From assembly GCF_009914755.1 (NCBI RefSeq), contig NC_060925.1: DNA of 64,000 bases, one strand, 5' to 3'. The notes under the pieces are model-generated. The model was not told where the DNA came from, made no database searches, and was given only the letters and a program-made list of their open reading frames with translations. Both the position numbers and the translations under genes were made by a program. The stretch comes from the human T2T-CHM13v2.0 reference genome, Homo sapiens. How positions within the stretch are numbered: the stretch's first letter is position 1; every line of letters begins with the position of its first letter. Below, in pieces: positions 49,801 through 64,000 of this stretch.

Positions 49801-50506
49801 TATATATGGCTTCCAATCCTTTAGATTATAGATCTCCTATTTATAGTAGTGTTGTGTTGAGGTCTTTTAAAGGACAAGGATTGTGCCTCTTTTGCCCTCT
49901 TTACACATATTGTTCTTCTTAGTTAAGCATTAAGCAAAGCTGTCAACATAGCATAGAAACACAGAGGTTGGAGTTAGGGATAGAGAAGGGGCTGGGAGCA
50001 TTGAAAATAGAAAGCCAGACCCAAGTAGCAGCACCAGAGCACAGGGTATGGAGCCTGAAGTTGAGGCTACATAATATTGATGGCAAAGATAAAGGTGGAA
50101 AAGCTATTGTTTTTTAATGTCATGGGCCAACAAATGAATGGACAGATGGTTAGATGAGGAGTTACTGGAAATGACACAACCATTCAAGAAAGAATACAAA
50201 CCCAAGTTAGCAAAGTGATGTTATTATGAGGAAAGCTTGGCTCCTACGTTTAAAAGCTCTCTACTTTATTATTAGTTAAAAAAAAAAAAGTCAAATCACT
50301 CACAGCACACTTTGCCACTGATTACAATCCACTAGTGTGTCCCAGACATTCAAATGAGAACCAGGGACTCTGCACAACCTCTTAGCTTAAGAGAGGTGAG
50401 AACATGACCATCGGAAAACTGGTGCATAATAGTAAAGAGGAAATGTGTTGACTTCCATATAAGATATACTTTACTATTCATTAATAATTATTAAAAGCGA
50501 GTTTCG

Positions 50507-51303
<797 letters not shown>

Positions 51304-51427
51304 TTAATCACTATTAGTCATGTGTCATTTTCTACCTGATTATGACTTCTCTAACAGGAATAATGGAGTCTACACACTTTGGGGATAATTATTATAATAG
51401 ATACAGTTTTATTCCTAATTTTATAGT

Positions 51428-52060
<633 letters not shown>

Positions 52061-52669
52061 AATGAATGGCTGGCCAACTGAACTATGTATTCACTGGGTC
52101 TTATTCTGCTCTCTCTAGAACCACACAGATAAATCCAATCCTTTGTTCCATGTAATAAATCTGATATTTAAGGTTCGCTATGAAGATTCTACCAGGTTTT
52201 CTATTGCCCTGACATAAACCCTTTGTCCTGTTCATTGTTCTGGAGTCTCTTGGACTTTTCTGATTCATTTAGCTTCCTGCTCACCCTGGGCCTCATCATC
52301 TGATAGTTCAGCTATACCAGCACTTGGTACTATGATTTATACAACAGATTACACCTCTCAACTTACCACTTCCCAAAGTTGGCAGGCCAGACCCTTCACA
52401 CCTCTTGCTCTAGGAAAAATTTTCTAAGCTGGACAACTTCAAAATCAATGTTCCCCAACCTAAGTTAGATTCTCTAAGGAATGGATATCCTGAGACAAAT
52501 CCTGGGAAGCATGAGGGGAATGGCAAGTCAAGAGCATTTTCATTCCAATTTCCATTTTCCTCTCTAATCGTTCCCCGTACTGCCACCTTCCACATTCTTC
52601 AAACTGTAAGCACCACTTCTGCATGCTTCACTACGAATGTATGACTTGTCCGCATACTTCCCTGAGGTC

Positions 52670-53340
52670 CTTCAGTATGTACTTATTAAGTGTCTATACT
52701 AGGCAGTGGAGTTGTGAATAAAACCAAATTCCTGCCCTGGTGGAGCTTACATTATAGAAGGGAGGTCCAGACCATCAATAAATATACAGCGAAGCTCCAA
52801 GGAAAAACAGAGCAGGGCAAAGAGAAGACAGCTATGGGAGGTGGTTTATTTTATATAAATTAGCCAGACAGTGCCTCTGAGAGGTGATGTCTAAGCAGGG
52901 ACTCGGAGATGAGGGAATAAGCTAATGGATATCTGAAGAAAGAACCTTCCACATGGATCAAGCATCGCATGCAAAGCTCAAGGAAGGAGCATGTTTAGTC
53001 AAGTGCCTAAAGTGGCTGGAGCAGAGTGAGTGAGAGTTGAGAGGTAGAAGATGAATTCGGAGAGGGAGCATTGGGGCCAGACTATGTAGCCTAGTGGGCC
53101 AAGTGAGGTCAGGCCTTTAAGAAGGAGCGTATTGAGGAAGAACCGTGCACACTACTGCTAGTGCTAGGGTGAGAAAGATGAGGACTGAGAACTGACCTGG
53201 ATTTGGGATCTTGGGTGAATGAGTGACATCCACAAGAGTAGTCTCTGTTGACTGGTTAGGGACAGATGTCTGATTAACTGGGAGCACAGGAAGCTGGGGC
53301 AGTGACTCTAGGTAACACGCTCTTGAGGCATTGGTATATG
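52670..53340 (-). mobile_element. L2 fragments
   Basis: ttattaagtgtcta...cctgccctggtggagcttacattatag...gtggctggagcagagtgag. Confidence 0.7.
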
Positions 53341-54683
53341 TAAAGGGTCACAATGGAAAGGAAAGCTAGCAGGAGGGCAAGGGAATTAGGGTTTTGTTTT
53401 TGTGTTTATTTTTGGTGCTGGGATAAACAGCGTATGTGTCACTGGGTAGAAATGATCCAGTAAAGGAAAAATTGTGACCTTTGTTCTCTCTTAATATGTG
53501 TGTTTCGTTGATTCATTCCTGACTTGTATCTCCCACATCTTATCCCTTAATTAAGCCATTCTTCCTCTTGCATAATTGCAAATTATTATGATATAAATAG
53601 CTTTGTTGTACTCTTTTATGAGTTTTACAGGGAGGAAATTGCATAAACTCTCTATAAAGTAATTTCTATGTTTAAAAGCCCTTAAGTTCTCCCACCCCAT
53701 AGCCTGACCAAAAAAGTCTTACTAAACAAAAATAGGATACAAATGATCCATACACATCATCCTGGCTAGAGAAGGGTCAGAAACTACAGTGTTGTTAGAA
53801 CCAATAGAGCTTAACTTTATATCTCACTGGCTTTAATAAAAAACTTTTCTGAGCTATTTGAAACAAAAATCACTAAGATTAAGAAAATATCTTAACACAG
53901 GTGGAAATAGTAAAAGGATGTTTGCATGAAAACTGTCAAATGTAATAAACAGCACTATTCTCTGATAATAAAAGATGAATCTGGCTGTCAGATGCAATTT
54001 TATAATAGCTTCGACCATCATGTACGGCAGGAGTATTTTTTTTTATTTACTATCGTTAAGTTTGTGGAACCAGTGATTGTTGTTTTACTATTTTGTTAAG
54101 GAAACCTAAAACATTCTTAGAATGTACAGAAAGAATATGGTCATTCTTATAGGACCAAAGGGCGTATCAAGTGAGCTGCTTTTGTAAATACCATGAAAAT
54201 CCAAGTCTGACATGGAATTAAAATCATCTCTACTACAAGATGCAGAAAAAAACCAAACTCTTTTTTTTCTATATCAGAGACTTAAAAATATTAGTGATGA
54301 CCAATGTGATTAGAAGCTTTAAAATCCTAACATTTATATGAACAAAAATCTTCCTGTTTTCAGAGACTTAAGCATATCATCTGAGCATTGAAAAAAGCTC
54401 TTAATAGTACCTTTCAGATTTCTCATCTGTTTTCAGATCCCATATTAAACTCCTTGTGGAAGAATGAGAAAGAAAGCTACTCTAAATTTTACAGAATAGA
54501 ATTCAGGCTCTTTATTTACAAAATGGAGTGTGAACCTTGCTGTTTACTCATCTACCCCCTCAAGCAATTGTGTTTTCCTTCCTTATCAGCACAGACCATC
54601 ACAGTTCCAGGATTTGTCTGAGATGCTAGCCACCTCTGATTGCTATTCACTGGACACTCTTGTGATTGTGATTTAAGATTGTA

Positions 54684-55027
<344 letters not shown>

Positions 55028-55547
55028 CTAGATTTTTCATTTTTAACCTCATATGAGATTAGATCACCAAAAACCTACATGGCATACTTGAAGTGTTTGT
55101 AAGCATTACTCTCCTCAGAAATGCTTTCACCAAGTTAAAGTTTCGTCTCAGTTTTCATTGAGGATTTGTGTGGGAAGGAAAAAATTGGCCATTGGAAAAT
55201 GTCTGTGTCTTCTACATTTTCAGATTTATACTGACTACAATTCACATCCTTTATTTAGACAATCGTGTCAAAAATTCCTCCTAGAAATTAGAGTCAGGAG
55301 AATGTGGTGGTTGTTTTTTCTTCTCCGGATGAATCTTACATGCTTTTCTTTTTCAAAGATGAACGCTATAGCCCACTGTGTTTCCATGACTACTTTTGCT
55401 TGAAAAGAGTTCAAAATTTATCCAATTATTCAATAGAACTTCTCCTCTGTATTTGCTAAAAGACATGCATCCACTTCTCTAGTTCTCTTTTAAAATAATA
55501 TCTTCAGTGTTGTAAAAGATTCAGTCTTTCAGAATCAAATGATTGTA

Positions 55548-55889
<342 letters not shown>

Positions 55890-56072
55890 TTAACATAAAT
55901 ATATAATGTATATATAATATGCATTAAATATAAATGCATATATTGATATAAGCAAGAAAGTAAATAAAATATTAAAAACATTCTGAAAATCACATATTTA
56001 TTAAACAATATAAATATTGTTTTTGTTTGTTTAATTTTCCAAAATATTATGCTATGTTATGCTACCTCCAAA

Positions 56073-56253
56073 CAGAGGTTTTCAAAATGTTCTCCTGGGC
56101 AAACATTGTCACCATCACCTGGGGACTTGTTAGAATTATACATTCTTGAACTCCCACTCTGGGCCTGCTGATTATGGGGGTAGAAACCAGCAATCTGTGT
56201 TTTAACAAGCCTTTCAGGTGATTCCTACACACAGTGAAGTTTAAGAGCCACTG
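56073..56253. mobile_element. MER5A (hAT-Charlie)
   Basis: cagaggttttcaaa...catcacctggggacttgttagaa...aatctgtgttttaacaagcc...aagtttaagagccactg. Confidence 0.85.
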
Positions 56254-56404
56254 TTCTGGGTCTCATAATAAAAAGGTGCCTATAGTTCCAACCGCAAGCT
56301 CTCCGCTTACCTGCATTCCTGCCTTGCTATTTGCCTGCCTTCCTTCTTGCATCCTGTATTCCCGCTTTTTATCCTTCCTATGTGTGTGCATTGTGAGAGA
56401 AAAT

Positions 56405-57090
56405 AGTGCAATGATGAAAGCGAACGCTCTGGAAGTACATGATGTGTGTCTGGACTTGAACTACTACAAGTCTGCCACAAATTAGTGTGTGATCCTGAAC
56501 AGGTAATTTGGCCATTTTAAGTGTCAGTTTCATCATCTGTAAAAGTTGGACAACAACAATATCTACCTTAGGGGGTTACTGCGAAATTTAAAGGAGATGG
56601 TTATCTGTAAGCTCTCCTAGCTCCGCATTTGGCACATTATAAGGTCTTGGTGTTAGCTGCTATTGTGATGAGCCAGGTGCCGTGCTGGGCATGGAATAGA
56701 GAGAGAAAAGGCACTCTCTGCCTTCAGGGTGCTTACATTGCATTACATCTTTTAAGATGCTTCTTCTGTGGGTGCTCTCTAAAGGGAAATGGATATTGAA
56801 CTTGGGAAATACATTGCAAGTCATCTATTCAAATCTACTTTCCACTGTAGGAATATCATTTTCATAGTAATAATGGCTAGACATTTAAGCCCATGATTTT
56901 GTCCCCTTTTTAGTGCTATTGTGATATGGAAAGAGTGCAGACTGTGGAGTTAACCACATCTGGGTTCTCTTCTTCATTCTTCTATCGCGTGACCTCAAGA
57001 GGCTCTCTGAGCCCCAGCCTGCTCATCTCTAAAATAGGATGGTGGCATCACTCATGTTTGGTCACAAGGTGGTCAAATGAGATGGTGCAC
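56405..57090 (+). mobile_element. Two MIR copies (~56405-56670 and ~56915-57090)
   Basis: gtcagtttcatcatctgtaaaag...tacctt; ctctctgagccccagcctgctcatctctaaaatagg. Confidence 0.7.
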
Positions 57091-57864
57091 ATGATATGCC
57101 CACTGTCTCTGCACACCACTGCCCCACTGTAAATAGTCATTTTCTTCAAATAAAAAATCAACCCAGGCCTTTTTCTGGGTATCTGTGAATGCCAGGACAG
57201 CTTTCCCTGTTCTCAGATTAAAACAATATCTATATAAATTTTACCAGTTGATTATATTTCAACCTTCCTCAATGAGACACTCTTTAAAAAAGGAACATAA
57301 CTGTATATAAAGTCAATCTGTTATCTTCCTTGAGCATGTTTGTTCATTGTAAATTCATCTAGGTATCCTCTCATGTAGCCATCATTTCTCTTTCTGGTCC
57401 ACAGATATCCCATGAGAGAGTCTTTAAATGATTTTTTGGAATGAAAATATATTACATATATGTCTCCTAACCTAGGAGTTAGTGAGGCTAGGTTGACATG
57501 ATTTCTTGCTGTATCCTTACAGTCTCCTAATGGTCATGTATTGAAGACATTAGTTCTTCTATAAGATAGAAGAAAACATAATGCCCTAAATATTTTATAA
57601 CTTTAAATTTTATGTACATTCATTCAAACTAAATTGTTATTTACAGATGGAATTATAGCAGCAAGTCAGTAAACTCAAAGGTCAAGTCCAATAAAATCCT
57701 TAGTAGTTTACTCAAAATGTGAATTGGACATGCAGACACATTGCTGAAGAGTTCACCGGAAGAAGGAGGCAAAAAACAAGTGATTTCAATCTAAGCCTAG
57801 TTGTTTACCAGAATTTATCTCTGTGATTTTTTAAGCTTAATCGTCGTTTTACTGTGCATCATCA

Positions 57865-59262
<1,398 letters not shown>

Positions 59263-60362
59263 TTAGGGATTAGGGACTAGTTAACCATTTCAGAATTGTG
59301 AGCATGGTGAAGAGTAAAGACTAGAAATCAACAAGTAGATTTGCCAGTTAAAGGAGGACTGGTGGCTTTTTGTGACTAAACACAGAAAGAGGCAGATGTG
59401 TGTGATGATTTGTATGTGTGTACAATTTATTTGTTTTGTTGGTTTAAAATGAGTGCACAGCAGCGTTCATCCACACCCATCATTACTAATCTATAGCCAT
59501 TCTAAAATTATGGGGGAGAGTTCTTCATTTCTGAGGGAGCTCACCCATGAGTCACAGTGTTCTGCATCTTATAGAATCTTTGACAGTCATCAAAGAGATT
59601 CAGCCACCAGGGAATTAATTTGATTGGTCAAATATGTTTTCTTATGAGTAAATGATCCTCTCAGCTCTTTTCACCCACATATACCCGACAAAAAAATGGT
59701 TTCAGGAAACACAGATACACAGAATATCTGTGCATTAATTTTATGTTCATGGGAGGAATACATTTGTGGTTTTTGGAACATAAGTATAGATACTTATCTA
59801 ATTGTCAAGGAGTCCTAGATTTTAGACTATGAATAGTCTGTAAAATTCGGCTCCTGTTGTTGATAAGAGTGGCTGGTTTGCTTCATGTGTTACTGTGAAG
59901 GGAAAGGAATACGATGTGTGTAAGGCATCCGTGCTGGCCCCGGACCCCCAGGGAGCTGGGGGCAGACCCCTCCAGACCCCACAGCATGATGTCCTACTTC
60001 TGCACTGTCCATTACTGAGCCACATTCCTGTAGTCCCTCCAGGGCTGACACTTGCATGAAGCAGCTCAAAGATGTTTTTAAAGCTTGATTTTCTTTGTGT
60101 TAGGAACTACTTTGTGCTCATTCGAGTTGTGATTCCTGATCATTTGGGGTGCAAGCGCAGTGTTTTCTCTGAGAAAGTCAGAGATTCTCAGTGATGAAAT
60201 TTATAAATAGGTGCCTGAGGAAGCCTTGTAAGTTTTTTTCCTTTGAGATAATGATAAGTGACTTGGGGTTGATTTTGTTTCCAGTATATCTCAGGGGTTT
60301 TGTGGTTTTGTATGTGTGTATTTTAAGTCACTGAGGTTACAAAGGAGAGAACAGAGAGCTCG

Positions 60363-60448
60363 TAATAAACTTCACCAAATCACCTTTAATTCCAAAAGAC
60401 ATCGAATAAACTTCCCCAGATCACCTTAATTCCACAAGACATCTAATA
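60363..60448. repeat. ~41-bp tandem duplication
   Basis: aataaacttcaccaaatcacctttaattccaaaagacatc / aataaacttccccagatcaccttaattccacaagacatc. Confidence 0.88.
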
Positions 60449-60574
60449 CTCACTTCTGTCTTTACCTGGAGAGAAAGACTCACAGCTCCTAAGCTGGCTT
60501 TTCTAACCAGCCTTTGTCTAGAATCTCCACCACCTCTCTCTCTCCTCCCCACACACTCCCTACCTTATGCCTCC

Positions 60575-60577
<3 letters not shown>

Positions 60578-60610
<33 letters not shown>
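60578..60610. repeat. (TG)16 microsatellite
   Basis: Read directly from the sequence. Confidence 0.95.
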
Positions 60611-60611
<1 letters not shown>

Positions 60612-62504
60612 TGTCTGTCTTTCTCTTTTTTCTCTCCCTCTACTTTTGGGTAAAAAAGCTTTAAATTTCTTAGCAGACCTGATGGTGTTATGTTTTAGTA
60701 AAGAATATTGTGAACTGGTAGCAACGATCATTATATCTGCTTTTTGTTTACTGTTAGCAGATCCATCTCTGCTCTATCAGAACCTCAGACCTGTGACATC
60801 CCAGCTCCACAATGCACTTAACCTCTCCCATGCTGGGAGATTCCATAGGCGAACAGGGCTACTTCCAGCAAGCCGAGCTGCAGCCAGCAGGAAATGAAAC
60901 CGTCTGCCACAGATACTTATTTAGACCAAGCTATTAATGTTTAGTGGCAGAAAAGTGGCTCCCTTTCTCATTCGATTGAATGATGAAAGCATGTCTGTTT
61001 CCCTGATAAGACTGTGGCCAGCTTGGCTTTCGGTCTGAAAGGTGGATGAAGATATTCTGTCTGCAGAGCGGGCTGCAGGGATGTCTGGTTTCTTTTCTCT
61101 GTATCTATGCCAGAGTGTATCTCCCTTCTTCATCTCACAAACCATTTTTAAACTTAATCACACTGAACTTTTGTATATGTTTGCCTGACAATAAATGGGT
61201 CTGGGGTTACGTAGGGAGAGTGTAGAGAAAAATACATCTTTATTAGGAGAGAAATGAGAAACTGCTGTCGTTGTTTAAAATAACCCTTAATGTAAATGAG
61301 CCCAGTTATAGTGAGGCCAAAATGGGAGAAACTTTTTGTTGGTTTTGAAAAATACCAAAATAAAAATAATAGGAATTTAAAACAAGTTTTAACAAATTCT
61401 GTAATGAAAAGTATTTTTTATTCTCTCACATATTCCTCTCTGATATTATAAAACTTAAAAATAGTCTAATTTTCCTAGACTCAAGTTTTTCTTTTCTTAA
61501 GAACTTACTTTTATGCTTAATGCCCTAACCAAATGAAGCTGTTACCACTTAGAATGTTTGCTTGTAAGGAGTAAAAATTTATATAGATGTTTCAAAATTT
61601 ATTTAGCTTCTCTTTAAGTTACATTTACAACTTTATTTTTGGAAAATAAATTTATTATAAAGATTTTTTTAAAGGTAAATTTGAACTTAAGTTTTAATAA
61701 GTAAAGATGTTTTATATTCATATGGTCATTTTTGCCCAAGACCTAGAAAACAGCTTCAACTGAGGAATAACCTTATAGTCATATTCCTCACCAAATGCTT
61801 CACACCTCCCAGGGGTAGTTCTCTGTAGCATCACAAACTCTGTCATTACCAATCAACAATTTCACACTTTTTTTACCTTGATAAGCTTGAATTTCAGGTT
61901 TTATATTCATTCCAGCATTACTCTATCTTTATGGGAACCTGTTGAATAAGCCAGTTGGAGGATGCAATAGCTTAGAATCTTATATTCTTTGAAATGTGGA
62001 GCCGCGATTCCCTGCCTATCTGTAAGTCAGCCTTTGGGGCTTCCCTAACCTTCTCTAGGTGCGACTGTGAACAATGAAGTATGTGGGAGCTGGGGGCTGG
62101 GGAGAAGCCTGCGACAACTGAAATTACTGCCTGTAAGTCCAGGAACTCCATTCGTTTTGTTAGAAACAAACTCGGAGTCCTACTGCTCTCATTAATTAGC
62201 TTAGTCATCTGGATTTCTCTAGAGAAGACAGAGATTGTGAAAAGGAAATAGAGTTTCTGCTTAAGGTAGGCATGCTGGCTCTATCAAGAAGTGATCACAG
62301 CCTATCATCCTAAGAAGAAACAGAAGACATAATAAGTACAAACAAAACCGGCAAAGTACAGTGTTGGGTCAGGGACTGGGCAGACTGCCTTACATATCTC
62401 AGGAGGCCTTAGTCCTTAGGAAGGGGGCCCTGTATTACAGCACATTACAACAGTGAAGTGTCCAATGATGAACATGGGCCATCAACTAAAAGTTAAATCG
62501 TTCC

Positions 62505-62791
62505 TTTTTTTTTTTTTTGAGACAGAGTCTCACTCTATTGCCCAGGCTGGAGTGCAATGGCATGATCTCGGCTCACTGCAACCTCCGCCTCCCAGATTCA
62601 AGCAATTCTCCAGCCTCCGGGTAGCTGGGATTACAGGCACCCACCACCACACCTGGCTAATTTTTGTATTTTTAGTAGAGATGGGGTTTCACCATGTTGG
62701 CCAGGCTGGTCTCAAACTCCTGACCTTGTGATCCACCCTCCTCAGCCTCCCAAAGTGCTGGGATTATAGGCGTGAGCCACCACACCAGGCC
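62505..62791 (-). mobile_element. Alu (AluSg-like)
   Basis: Reverse Alu with T tail. Confidence 0.94.
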
Positions 62792-63421
62792 TTCCATTTC
62801 TTTAAGAGAGAGAAAAGTTTAATTTGTTTCAAGAAAGACTATTCAAAATTGGTTATACAAAGATAGTACCGTAAAGGGGGCAAGTTTCCATTATCTGGGA
62901 ATTACACATTCATTGATTAATCTCACTGTTTCTGAGCATTGCTAGAAGGAAAGTTTGCTTCGAGATGAAATTTATTTTACTCACATTGGACTTACCTTTG
63001 AAATTTATTCAGCGTAGTTTTGTTTCTGAAGTTTCATAGACAATAAAAGATATTGTAAAATATTAAAATAAACATCAAGTTTTATAGCCATTATCTACCA
63101 TTTAGTGTCCATCTCTTCCATCTAAAAGATAATGCTACATTTCCTGTTTTCTAGTCTCTGCTTTCTGTGTTGTTTGATTTTTTTTCCCCAAAGTCACTAA
63201 AAGTGATGAATGAAGTTTCTTTTCATTATCATATGGTTTGGTTTTGCTCATATTTTCCTTCTGTTATCTGGATTGCTAATTAGAAGTTGCAACTGTTAAA
63301 ATGAGCCTATCACAGATGTCATCTTAAAATTTTTACTTCCCTTTTTAGTTCTCTAATAGGGTGAAATCTTGATTCACAAATGCCCTGGGTAGTCCCCCTT
63401 TGTGTGAATGCATCCACTAAA

Positions 63422-63471
<50 letters not shown>

Positions 63472-63606
63472 TCACACACACACATATATACATATGCACA
63501 CACACATATACATATGCACACACACATATACATATGCACACACACATATACATATGCACACACACATATATACATATGCACACACACATATATACGTATA
63601 TATATC
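63422..63606. repeat. Compound (TA)n(TG)n microsatellite plus ~20-22-bp TGCACACACACATATACATA minisatellite
   Basis: Read directly from the sequence. Confidence 0.93.
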
Positions 63607-64000
63607 TCTTCATGAATCATGCACAGAGCTGTGTCTCTGAACAGCATCCATAGACCCCCACCAGGATTAGAAGTTAAACTCAAGTGCAGACACAGTTTGG
63701 AAGCCTTTTGACCATCTTCAGCCCCGCTCTGGTTTCCTCTCTCAGGACACACTTCCCTCTTCATGGTGATTGCATTCTCACTCTATCAATGAGGTATTGT
63801 CCCTCTTTTTACTTTCTCCTCCTTCCCAAACAGGACATATTGGTCATTTTAATTTATTGTTTGAAATGTTATCTCCACCATGCCTTTTCACTAAAAGCCT
63901 TTCAAGTCTGGTTGTGACATGACCATCTTTTTTCTACTTAGTTAAGAAATGTTAGGCATCACTGAATGAGGAGTGAGGCAGGAGAGAAAGTGGATGGAAC

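Noticed and set aside
63374-63764. CV/HT/YI-rich ORFs
   Set aside because: These are microsatellite translations.

Overview
Human/great-ape genomic DNA from inside FMN2 (formin-2, chr1q43), which is transcribed on the + strand. The only coding sequence I can support is one 150-nt symmetric (phase 2/2) internal exon at 33624-33773 encoding the end of the FH2 domain ([50 protein letters not shown]; exon 16 of 18 as I recall the reference model). The rest is intron: 30 Alu copies, L1/L2/MIR relics, an LTR16/ERVL-type remnant, DNA-transposon relics, a 31-bp G-rich VNTR and microsatellites. I do not consider any ORF in the supplied track a real gene. Best leads: (1) a ~440-bp antisense retrocopy of an unidentified mRNA 3' end with target-site duplications (TSDs); (2) a ~140-bp locally templated insertion inside an Alu; (3) Alu orientation flips across the exon, favouring skipping or a stop-free 150-nt circRNA; (4) several small template-switch scars; (5) a CpG-retaining domain around the VNTR with a perfect antisense Kozak ATG. 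I found no convincing new multi-gene system. Repeat subfamily names were assigned by eye from remembered consensus sequences and need RepeatMasker/Dfam confirmation.
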